From NCBI RefSeq assembly GCF_006345805.1, contig NC_043013.1, positions 5,704,001 to 5,768,000 on the forward strand: a stretch of DNA of 64,000 bases, written 5' to 3'. Positions 12,506 to 24,465 of the stretch are shown here, piece by piece. The DNA is from Octopus sinensis. Taxonomy: Eukaryota. How positions within the stretch are numbered: position 1 is the first letter of the stretch; the number at the start of each line of letters is the position of its first letter. The position numbers and the translations under genes were made by a program. The notes beneath the pieces were generated by a model. The model was not told the origin of the DNA. It ran no database searches and saw only the letters and a program-made list of their open reading frames with translations.

Positions 12506-15500
12506 GAACCAACAGTCAACCGTTCTTCAGCTCTGCCACTCTCAGATGTGTCTGCTATCATTTAACTTGTTTGCACAGCAACAAATATATGATATAAAAA
12601 AATATCCATACATATACATATATGTATGTTTAACAACAAAAAACAACTTTCAAAGAAGTCGAAGAAAAAACAAAATAATTGAGCTTTCAGTTTGATGATA
12701 AAATTATTGCTGACGGCGACAAAAAAACCCCAACAACAACAACAAGAAGAAGGAATGGTTCATCTTTTTTTTTTTCTTTCTTTCTTTTTGTTTTAACATG
12801 ATTTGGATACTAAAAAGGACATTTCTTTTCAGTTGCTGAGCCAGACATCAGCCAAGGACCACATTATACGTTATGTAGCTGTCGGCTTGTTTCAGATGCT
12901 TTACCATCTTTCAGTGATTTAGGAGTCTGGGACAGGTGTGGTGGAGTAGGTGTTTTCCTTTCCCATTTACACAAAAGGTAGTCACTCTGTCTGTCTGTCT
13001 GTCTCTGTCTCTTTCTTTTCCTCTGTCTCCCAGTATATTACATTCTTCGTTGCTACTGGTCTTCTCTTCTTCATCTGACACCAACCTAGACCTAGAATAA
13101 TCTGTTAAAGAGGCACAAACACAATTCTTTAAAGTTCAGGTGGACTTAGTCATTCATTCATTCCACTGGGAAGAACTTGCCTGTTTGTCGTTGTTTCTTG
13201 TACTCCCACCTACAGACTAATTTGACTTAGTATCTGCTCCAACTCTATTAATGGTACATGCTTTATATATACTTCAACATTGGTGAAGTTCTCCCCACCC
13301 TCTTTTATTATATATTAAGCCTTTCCTTTCTCTCTATCTCTGTCTCTCTTGATCCTGTGCTGACTCAGTAACTTCAAAGTTTGGAAACTAAAATTATTGG
13401 TTTATTTATTCCCCACCCACCCCATGAGTAATTTAATCTTGTTAATTGTTGAAGTGATTTTAAAAGTTACTAGGAGTCAATAACAATAAAAAAAAAAATA
13501 TGAGGAAAAATTTAGATAACATTAAAATTCTAAACATTTCTATGGAAGCTTTTAATTTTTTTAGTTTGTGAAATTTAATTAAAATGAATCAAATCTATAA
13601 ATTGATCTTTTTTTTTTTTTCTCCCTTGCTTTCATGTGAGATTGTCTTTGGAACAAATTGTTGGTAGCCATTCCAGCTCTTTGAAGTTTTTCTATTACAC
13701 TTGATTAGATTTGATTGCCGATATTGTTTCTTAGTTTGCTGGAAACTGAGAGACAAGCTTCTTTTTTTCCTCAATTATTATCTTCTATGTAGAAAACATT
13801 ATCTTTTGTCTTTTGAAGACAATAGCTGTTTCATCTCCCTTATACATACATTACACACACACACACGTAAAATGTTATGCAACGCTGATCCACAGTTATT
13901 GGCTACCTAAGGTTATACAGTAGAAATGCTCCTGCTACTGGATATATATTCTCTCTCTCCTCCCTCGGTTTTATAGTCTTGTGAACTAATTCCCTAATAA
14001 AGAAGGGTAGCAGGTGATATAACAGACTAAAAGGATTAAACACCTATATTTAATCCATTATCCTATTTTATACATTGATTTGTAGGGCACTGGGTTTAAC
14101 CACCAATATTTACTAATATTTAGCATCGTTGTCCCTCTGCTTTATTATACACCAATTTCAAAATCAGTGTTGAATTAGCTGTTCATCCTAGGATCATTTA
14201 AAATTAGCTGTAATATGTTGTGGGGATAGGATATCATCCTGTATACTTCTCTGATAAAACATAGTCCTGCATTTAGGAATAAAGTGAGGGCGGTAGTGGT
14301 GGGGGGGGGCAGTATTTGTTTTGTTTTTGTTGTTGAGTTTTTATATTTGTTTTTCCAATAAATTACTAATTGCCACCTCACCCCACTCCTCTGTGGAATT
14401 GAAATGGAAAGTTTATTATTTCTAAAGTTTAATGTTGTAGCTAAATTTTACTACTAATGATACTTAGTAAAATGTTGCCTCAAACAGTTGTTAGGCCACA
14501 AAGAGGGACCAAAGCAAAAAATCTATCACATTTCACTAATTTAATGTAGGAGTCAGGGAGAGAAGTGAAGGAGTTAGGGTAGTTGAGGCGCTGTTTGATT
14601 ATTATTTGTGTTGTATCTTAGTTTTGTTTTTTGTTTTTTTAACCACTAGTTACTACAATTGGGCTGTCAGATAAATTTGTTCCTTTCATTTCCTGCTTGG
14701 CATTCCATCGTCATATGTCTGGAAAGAGACTGAATTTATTCAAACTTCAAAACTGATAAACGAAAGTTGTAGAAGAATAAAGTTACAAAAAGACCCTTAA
14801 ATCTCTGATAAAAATAGTTTTCATGTTACTTCAAATAACATTGGAAAGAATTAAAATAGATGGAGAAGCAATTCAAAAAATGAACAAATTTATGACAACT
14901 CAATGTTATTATTATTATTATTATTATTATTTGAAGGTGGCAAGCTGGCAGAATCGTTAACACTCTGGACAGAATGCTTTGTGTTTCGCCCATCTCTTCA
15001 TTCTGAGTTCAAATTCTGCCGAGGTTAACTTTGCCTTTCATTCTTTCAGGGTTGATAAATTAAGTACCAGTGAAACACTGGGGTCAATGTCATTGACTTA
15101 ATCCCCACCCCAAGCTACCCTTGTGGCAAAAATTTGAAATCATTATTACTCTAAACTTTTCAAACTTTGTGATATTTAATTTAAGGAATTTAATGCAAGC
15201 CTCCAATCTTGTCTGGTATTATTAATATTTTTTGTGTAAGGTAGCGAGCTGGCAGAATTGTTAGCACGCTGGGCAGAATGCTTAGTTGCATTTCGTCTGT
15301 TTTTACGTTCTGAGTTCAAATTCCACTAAGGCCAACTTTGCCTCTCAACCTTTCAGGGTCGATAAAATATGTACCAGTTGAGTACTGGGGTTGATGTAAT
15401 TGATTTAACCCCTTTTTCTGAAATTACTGGCCTTGTGCCAAAATCCAATACCATTATTATTTTGTGTGTGTGTTTTTTTTCTCTCTCTCTCTCTCTCTCC

Positions 15501-15752
15501 TCTGGTTTCTCTAAAAGATGAATTCCAAATCAGTGGCTCCAAATCATTATGTTGTCTTTCCTTCTCTTTTTTTCTCTCTCTCTCCCTAACTCTCTCTCTT
15601 TTTATTCTCTTTTCTTTCTCTTCTCACAATCATTAACTTCAGTTCTGCATTGTCATAAATCTGTGATAACTCTAAATATTTGCATTGACGCAAATGAACT
15701 CTTAATAATGTTTGCTACACAACTGAAGTAGTGCTTACTTCTTCTACCGGCT

Positions 15753-15815
<63 letters not shown>

Positions 15816-16210
15816 TATATGAAAAAGTGTGTGTGTATATGAGAGAAAGGGGGCTCTGAAGTGCCCCCCTTCCCCTGCCTCCTATATATATATTATATAT
15901 ATATATATATATACACATATATATATATGAAAAAGTGTGTGTGTATATGAGAGAAAGGGGGCTCTGAAGTGCCCCCCTTCCCCTGCCTCCTATATATATA
16001 TATATATATATCTATAGGAAGAAGTGACTCCTTCTTCCTATATATATATATATTTATATAAAAAGTCAGTTGTGTGGTGTTTCTGCTGTCTCTACACACC
16101 ATCTTTGAGGCAGTGTTGGAATAAATATATATATTAAAAAAAAAATTTGAAAATAAATATATTGTAATAAATACAATTCATAATAAAGAACAACTCAAAT
16201 AAAAAAGATA
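12506..16210 (+). other. Probable long 3' UTR of TMEM55
   Basis: U-rich, TE-poor sequence after the stop; AATAAA near 13486 and 14776 and a cluster at ~16120-16203 followed by U/GU-rich sequence; true end not determined. Confidence 0.45.
15750..16012. repeat. (TA)n microsatellites enclosing an exact ~85-bp tandem duplication
   Basis: gaaaaagtgtgtgtgtatatgagagaaagggggctctgaagtgcccccttcccctgcctcc occurs twice. Confidence 0.85.
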
Positions 16211-18819
16211 TTTAAAAAAAAAAATGTCTTTGTTTGGAATACAAACAGAATCTTTAATTGTCTGTCTATTCATTCATTAAACATATCTTAATTAATTTTG
16301 TCTTTATCTTTTTTTAATTTTTTAAAAATATTTTCTGAATGTTTCCGTTGATAAAGTCCAATGTAAAATGTTATTTGTGGTTTTTTGTTTTAAACTTTTG
16401 GTATAAATATTTTTCAGAATCTAAGACAAATCTCTAAGAATTATTCTATTTTGCTGTCTGTCTGCCTACGGCTGTTCTGCTACAATTGCTTGGCCATGAC
16501 AAATTCAATATGATTGCAACACTTTTTATTAAACTCTAGCTGTGTGCTTCACAAGTTTCCTTTCTAGCCATGCATGCCTCTGCGTGCATGTGTGTGTATC
16601 AATGCAATCCAGGGTCTGAGTGTACAAAGTTTGTAAGCTTTAAGCAACAAGTGGCTAGTACAGAGAACAAAAGTGAACGATATGATAAAATAATTTGACA
16701 TTGTAAGTTACACACTTTTTCTCTCTCTATTGGAATTACAAAGCATTTCAATAAGTTGTTTCTGTACAACTCACCGTTAGCAATTAATACTGCTAAAAAT
16801 GCCAACGAAATCTAAATTTTAAGGGAGTGGAGCAGATATGTAAGCTTTATATGTAGCTTTGAAGCATTTCATGTCATTATGTTCTAAGTTCAAATTCCAC
16901 TGAGCTCAGTTTTTGCCTTTCATCTTTTTGGGGGGTTTGATAAAATAAGTACCAGTTGAACACTAGGGTCATGTAATTGCTGAAATTGCTGGCCTTGTGC
17001 CAAAATTTGAAACCAATTTGTTACACAAAGTAAAATCTCTCTGTGGTCAATAACAACCATGGGATACCCCTAGAAGGTTCCCCTCCAGAACACGTGTCAA
17101 GGCAAGGTTATTTATAGAAGACCAGCAGTTGTTCATGCATACCAGCCTCTCCTCTCCCCACCACTGATACTGTCTAAGGGAATGGCCAAGGCAGCTTGGC
17201 ATTAGTGATGTCACAGCTCATTTCTACAGCTGTGTGAACTGGAGCAACATGAAATAGTGTCTTGCTCAAGAACACAATACACAGCCTGGCCTGGGAATTG
17301 AACTTACTATGTCATGATTGTGAGCCCGATGCTCTAAGCACTAAGCTATGTGCCTTCACTTATGTAATTATTACAACTATACATCAATAGAAATGAGTCA
17401 TGCCTCTATACCCATGTAGTAAACTTCTTTAGTAGAGGAGAATAAACAGTGCCAAGGTCAAGTTGTTTAACACCTGGTTTTCCCCCTGAATATGACAGCA
17501 AGTCATGGGAAACCTGCTCTTTGCAGGAAACATAAGCTTTATATGTTTCATAGGAGTTGTTTGTTTTGAAAACGTCTGAAACAGTAGCTTGCTTAACAGG
17601 ACAGGCATGCACTCCATGTTTACTTCAATACCTAAGAGATGTCATTCACACAAAAGATCTGCTGTGCTGTCACTTGGGATCTGTGTTGAGAGATCAAAAA
17701 GCCCCTGCGCTTGTGATACAAAGTTGTGTGTGAATGTGACTTGAAAGTGATTGACCTTGACCTTGTTGCTTGTAAAGCAGTCACAGACCACAGGACTTTA
17801 TAGGGACAACAAATGTCATGAGCATTAAGAAGCCGGGAATAAAAACCTTTGTAAGACCAAAATGAATAAGGTTTACAAGGGGGGGAAGTTATGTATTTTT
17901 ATAGAAAACATCCCACATGTAGCATCTATGTAAAAAGCGCCACTTTTTGTGTAATAGAATTGTGACTGAACAATGGACTTCAGTCGTTTCTCTTCAGTTT
18001 CCTTCTCCACATCCTCCTCTACTTCTCTCTCTGCAAGTCGGACAGATGCCACCTAAAGAACCCGACACAAAGTATATGGATCTTTGACAGTTTCGACAAT
18101 GAGGATGTGTAGCAATTATCATTTTTAACATCTGCTTTTCCATGATTGCTTCCGATGGTCGGATGCTCTTCCTGTCACCAACCTTCACCTATTTCCAAGC
18201 AAGGTAATATTTTCCCCCTTGGCCAGGCATATTTACACAGTATTGGAAATGAATCACATTCATTTACAACAACCATGCAACTTCATCACACACACATAAA
18301 TATGATGGGCTTCTTTTACCAAATCCACTCACAAGGCTTATCATCATCATCATCATTTAGCGTCCATGCTAGCATGGGTTGGACGGTTCAACTGGGGTCT
18401 GTGAAGCTGGAAGGCTTCGTCAGGCCCAGTCAGATCTGGCAGTGTTTCTACAGCTGGATGCCCTTCCTAACGCCAACCACTCCAAGAGTGTAGTGGGTGC
18501 TTTTTACGTGCCACCTGCACAGGTGCCAGACAGAGCTGGCAAACGGCCACGAACGGATGGTGCTTTTACATGTCACCGGCACGGGGGCCAGGCGAGGCTG
18601 GCAACGGACACGAACGGATGGTGCTTTTACGTGCCACCGACACGGGGGCCAGACAGAGCTGGCAGACGGCCACTGTTATGAAAGTGTTCAGACTAAGCAT
18701 CATTATTGCCATTAAATGGGTTAACACTAGTAAAAATATGGCTGTCTTTGCTTATTAATGGGTTAACAATCAGCAATGATACAACAGCAGCAGCATCACT
18801 AAGAGGGATAATGCTATCA

Positions 18820-18996
18820 GCAGGGGGTGTAGCTGGGGTATGGCAAGCAGGGCACATGCCCTGGACACCACTTTAAGTATGGGGTACAATTTTGGCCAAG
18901 ATCATTTTCTAATTAAGCCATCTAAAAAAAAAATTGGGTGGAGGGGTGCAATTTTAATGCTCGCCCTGACACTACCCTAGCTGTGCCTCCCCCCTG
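18820..18996. mobile_element. Short MITE with cagggg...gtagct-type termini
   Basis: cagggggtgtagctgggg at the start and ccctagctgtgcctccccctg at the end are imperfect inverted repeats. Confidence 0.5.
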
Positions 18997-19589
18997 ACTA
19001 TCTGAGTATAAAATCCTATTACTAGGGATAACACGATCGGAGTATAATGCCACTTGCTGTTAGAGGGTTTAACTCTTTTGGTGACAATATCCACCATTTC
19101 CATTAAAAAGAGGATAAGACTATGAGTGGGTTAACACCAGCAGGGCTTTATAAATCCAAGAGAACGAAAAATCAAAACAATAACCATTAAAAGAGATACA
19201 TTAATATTACTGCCACCATAAATAATCAAAAGAAAAGGCAGCATTAAACACTAAAGGTACCCTTGGATACCAACCATTCTTGAAACTGCCCCTGGTTCTA
19301 TGATATTGGTTACAAATTTTGGCACAAGGCCAGCAGCTTTGAGGGGAGGGGCTAATTCAATTGAATCGACCCTAGTGTTCAACTGGTACTTGGTGGAGGG
19401 CGTTTTGGAGGTGTCAAGAGATTTGGGCTCTAGAGGGGCGGGGTGCTGGAAGACCCTCAATTTGGTCAATTAGAAAAAACATATTTCAAATATTTTCCAC
19501 TTTAGCGACATCAAGCAATTTTCTGTAACTCTCTGGTGTCATGTGTAATTGGTGTCGCTAAAGTGAAACCCCAAAAACAAAAACTTAGT

Positions 19590-20555
19590 TGCCCCACCGA
19601 CTTTGGATGATCATAACTTTCAGAAAAATGGATATTTTTCAATGAAACTTTCTACAAATATGTGTTATATTATGTAGATTCCGAATATACAAAGTGTTTT
19701 GGGGAGAAGTGTTTTAGGAGGTGGTGTGGTGAGGAGTTTCGAAAAATTCACCGGAGTCCAATTCCTCTGAACTTTCAAGAAAATGGATATCTTTTAATGG
19801 GATTCCGTACAAATACACCTCGGACTATGTAGATTCCAAAGACATAGGAATTTGGGGGGTCATTTTTGAGAACTGTTTCCCATTCGGGGTTGTTTCAGAA
19901 CAAGTCCATATTTGTTTCATTTTCTCCGTTTTGTGCGTTTGTGCATCCGTAGATTTACACACAAATCTCTGGTGGTCTTCTGCTTTTCAGTTAGAATCGT
20001 TTACCTGGGAATTTACTTAAAGAGAAAAACATCGTATGTAACAGATAAGTCGTCTTAATAGCATATTTCTGTGTAGCAGACCTTTAGCTGTTATTTTTAG
20101 CACAACGTGTTTTCTGGTGAGGGCTTCATTTGCCTTCATTGCCTGTTTGTTGCTTCAGTAGAAATCTACGGATGCACCAAACGAACAAAAAAAGAAAGAA
20201 AATGAAACAAATATGGACCACGTGGTCCGAAACAGCGAGAAACGGTTCTCAAAATATAACCCCTAATCCCCCCCCCCCCCCGCAATTCATATCTTCTCGG
20301 AATCTACATAGTTCGAGATATATTTGTAGAGAATTTCGTTAAAAAATATCCATTTTCTTTGAAGTTAAGACCAATTGAAGTGGGCTCCGATGTATTTTCC
20401 GAAATTTCCCACCATACCCCCTTTTTAAATACTTTCCCCAAAAAAAACTTTGTATATTCGGAATCTACATGGTATAACACATATTCGTAGAAAATTTCAT
20501 TAAAAAATATCTATTTTTCTGAAAGTTATGATCATCTGAAGTCGGGGGTAGAAAT
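19590..20555. mobile_element. Foldback element with ~350-bp inverted arms
   Basis: gatcataactttcagaaaaatggatatttt...tgtagattccgaatatacaaag at ~19609 is mirrored at ~20450-20534; the arms contain internal sub-repeats. Confidence 0.75.
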
Positions 20556-21569
20556 CTATAGTTTTGCCAAAATTAATTTTAATCGTAATCTTGAAGAGGA
20601 GCATGCATTTCCCCTTTCCTTAATACCAGCAAGAGCTTACTATGAGGGAGAGTTGGCTGTTATTTATAGCAAATTGAACAACCACAGAGAGAGTACCTCA
20701 TTGGCTAAAAACTACACCTCCGCTAAAAATAAAATAACTTTAATTGTAATGATGGAGAGGAGTCTCAGGGTGCAACCTTAAAGTTGACTCCGTTCGCCAC
20801 AACGAAATTTTATTATTGGTTAAAATCTCACGTTGTGAGATTTAAAAATAGTAATTTTCTAATTTACGGTTAAAAACAGTTTTTCAATTTTTAAACATCT
20901 GTAACTTTTTCGTCAAATACCGTCCTCCACAATTTGCTACTCATCTGAAATACATATGTATTTCAACACTTTCTATCAAATACATTCTCTTGAATGTATT
21001 TGACAAAGCTCTAGGCGTTTTGAGAAGGGAAATCAGAAAGGTTTGAATTTACTTGTAACAAAGAACACTCTTTCAAAAACAACACGTTGATCTCATAAGT
21101 GTTCAGTAGTGGAAATAAACACAGTCGCCAAACTTTCATTCGTAAGACCTTTTATTATTTGAGTTTTTGTTTTTTGCCTTTCAGTTTGTAGGCATACATT
21201 GTAAGGTATTCAATCGATATGAGTGTAGTGTGATGGATGAAGAGGACGACAGAAGGAGAAGCAAGGGGAGAAAGAAATACAAAAGGCCTTGTCTCTTACG
21301 AATTCGACACGTCCTGTCGCTTCCTCGTCTATGACCACACGTGCGTTCTGCTTGACCTCTTCCGCTTCCTGCGATGAATGCACCCTGCTGTCTTCCGCCG
21401 GCCCCTGCAAGCTCTAACTTCCGCCCCCATCTGTCATCCTCTCCACCAGCCTCACATAACTCATCACATCCCACAACCCGACTGCCAACACCACAACGAG
21501 TATCTGTAAGTACTCCCAATTGCGTACAAGCGCATATGTAAAATGACGTCCTTTATTTTTTAATCATTA

Positions 21570-21878
21570 CTAGCAGTATCGCCCGGCGTTGCTCGGGTTT
21601 GTAAGGGAAATAACTATATAAGCATTTTTAGAGAGTTACTTCCCTTATATAACCCGAGCAAAAATCATTATAAATGCGGAAAAATGATGGTAATTTTTTT
21701 TTTTATTGTAGACTCATCGTAGACGCGCTAATACCCAGAAGGGCTCGATATGAATGACAACTATAAAATACCCGCTTTTGGTTAAACTGCACCGCAAAAT
21801 GTTGGAGTAGTTAGGAATCTAAATCGGAGGAGACAGAGTCTCACACACACAACTTCAATTTTATATATAATATAAAGA
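21570..21878 (-). mobile_element. Non-autonomous Helitron (same family as 48987-49548)
   Basis: TC 5' end; perfect hairpin cccgagcaacgccggg plus CTAG 3' end; A|T insertion site. Confidence 0.8.
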
Positions 21879-22829
21879 TTTGCTGATATCAAAATAATAT
21901 ATTGAAAAATAAAAATATTTTCTACTCCAAGGATTAAAAAGGGGCGTTTGGCCAAAATGGGTTGAGAACCTTTGACCTAAATTAAAACCTTCCATCAAAA
22001 TTTTGTGCTAATTTGTGCCTCCAACATCTGTTTGATATTGACAAAATTATTTAATTAAATTCCTCATTAGATATAGTATATTCTTTTCTCCCTGTATTTA
22101 ATAAAATTTTCTCTTATGTTGCCTTATTAGGTTCCACTTCAATGTTTCCAAATATACAAAGTTTTTTCCTTGCCTCCTGATCCTATGTAATCAGATGGCT
22201 TGATTCTTTTGATACCAACCTGCATGAAACAGCTAATGGTTCTACGATACAAACTTTCTGCTTTAAAGGAAGCTAAATTAAAACCTTCTGTCAAAATTTC
22301 TTGTAAATTTATAATCCAAACACCAGGTTGATAACGACATAGTTATTTTACTAAATTGTTTGTTATTTTTCAAATTAACTGAAAGAATGGGAGTGTATTT
22401 TGATACAACCATGGCAAAAGGGTTAAACTTATTTGATGAAGTGCTAAGATTTTTGTCATACAATGCTTTGATGGATGTGCAACATCAGTGTGCATGTATG
22501 ACAGAGTGTAAGCATCTTGGGAGGAAAGCTGGACATAAGAGGCATCAGATGTGGTGTGCAAGAGACGACTGCATTGGTATGTGCAACGTCAGTGTGCATG
22601 TATGACAGAGTGTAAGTGTCATACACTAGTGTAACTCTCTGGCTTACCAGCTCCTGTCAAAGCAACCAACCTATGTCGGCATGGAAAACATGCGAAATAA
22701 TGATGATGAAAAGATAATGAACTGCGAAAACTTTGTCACTAAACTGACCAAGTCACAGTTGTGTAATGAAAATTTTGATATTTCATGAAATAAATTTGAA
22801 GTGAATTGAGCAGCGTCCTTGTGTGTTAT

Positions 22830-23250
22830 TAACCATTTTGACCATAGCACGCTTGAAACTGTCCTGCTTCTAGGTTACTAACTTCCTTTAACACTGTAGC
22901 ATTTAGATTATTCTGTCAAAAGTAAGGCTTTTTCATTCATATTATTCTGAAGTAATCTTGAAGTTTTGAGATTTCAATGATGTGATTGTTTATTTTTTAC
23001 AATGACATTGTAGGATATGAGTGAGAGGCCAGATCTGGATGGTTTGAACATAAGTAGAATATTTGGGCCGGTTTAAATGCTAATGGGTTAGAGGGACCTA
23101 AATTTAAAAGGTTCCATGAAAATTTCATGTTATGTCCCAAACACCAGACTAATCACAACAAAGTTATTTCACTTAAATCTTTATTATTTTCTAAAAAGAA
23201 TTGAAATAAAGGAAATGTATTCAACAGAAATATGGTAACCTGAGGGTTAA
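22830..23250. mobile_element. piggyBac-type MITE with a second MITE nested inside (22888-23091)
   Basis: Outer family matches 22200-22427 and ends gggttaa; inner family matches 4528-4751. Confidence 0.6.
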
Positions 23251-23253
23251 GAA

Positions 23254-23501
23254 CTAAGATAGTTTTAGAAAGCTGATAAAGTTCAGAATAAGAAAAGCAA
23301 TAACAATTATGAAATTATTGCCATATATTACATTTGTTCCATCCTTCACACCATATTTCTCTTCAAGTTCGTCAATACTCATGGTGTTGCATAAATCTTT
23401 ATCGCACGAGTAAGAACATTGTGTCACGCCATTAATATCATCACATCCACTCTTTCCATGTTCAGCGCAACCACGGAAGGTTGATGTTATTGTTTTAGTA
23501 A
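23254..23501 (-). CDS. Ly6/uPAR (three-finger, quiver/sleepless-like) protein, last coding exon with GPI signal
   Basis: ttttctctag|; VTKTITSTFRGCAEHGKSGCDDINGVTQCSYSCDKDLCNTMSIDELEEKYGVKDGTNVIYGNNFIIVIAFLILNFISFLKLS*; RGC and DLCN motifs and a hydrophobic tail; phase 1. Confidence 0.88.
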
Positions 23502-23765
23502 CTAGAGAAAAGAAAAGAAAATATTTAGCTGTAGATATGGCTATGCAAAAGAATAAGGTATAACTGCATGGTTCAGTTTATTTTAGTGCCATGTAGTTAT
23601 TAGATTTATTTGTCACTGTGTGATATCTTGTGCAAGAATCTTGTACTATAGTCTGAGATTAAGAGAGAAAGCTCATGTGTATAACTCTTGTTTGTGAGAA
23701 GTTTTGTGTGTTTGCCATATTTTTTGGCATACAAGTTGATTCTTTCTTAACATTGTGAAGGTATA

Positions 23766-24128
23766 TCTATCTACATAAATGTGTAATAGTGTCTGTCTGT
23801 GTGTATGTGTTTGGGGCTACTCTAACTCCTCCCACACCATCCAACCGATTTTAATGATTTTTGGCACATAGGTAGATCACATGTTCTGAACTTCAAATAA
23901 GGCTGGAATCTTTCAAAAATTCAATGCTCAGTTGGCATCGATTTCTGTGAGCTCAATTGGGTGTTTGAATGGAAATTCTCATAACAATGTTATTTTTCTA
24001 CATGTAAAATTTCAACAAAATTGATGGGTAACAATAGGCACGGGGAACGTAGATGATTTCAATACAAGGTCAGAAGTGAGCTTAACTTCAACCTGGAAAA
24101 CGCAAGCAATGCTGGGTTCAACAGCTAG
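23766..24128 (+). mobile_element. Older non-autonomous Helitron
   Basis: 5' TCtatctacataaa...gtctgtctgt; 3' gcaagcaatgctgggttcaacagCTAGt. Confidence 0.6.
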
Positions 24129-24465
24129 TATTAGGATATTTTTACAGGAAGAAAGAAAAATACATTGAAAGGGTAAAAGATGAAATCGTCCCACTAACTA
24201 CGTTGCCAAGGAAACAAAGAAAAGGATGGGTGGGGATTAAGCAGCAGAAAATACGGTGGAGGCACTAAGGGGGTTGTACACCTCAGAACAAATAGCATGT
24301 TCAGTTGTGCCTCTTGTGAGATTAAAATTCAAACAACCTGGAGCAACTTGTGCACCAAAATAACTGGAGGATCTGAAGTCCCATGTGAAATAGTGCAGGC
24401 TTTGGAAAGATAGTGATATTTAAACATGTTTGCATTACATTTTTACACTATATAGATATACTGAT

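Noticed and set aside
17994-18188. 64-aa ORF with two CxxC pairs as a zinc ribbon protein
   Set aside because: Its start lies in an RTE 3' UTR relic and there is no splice or homology support
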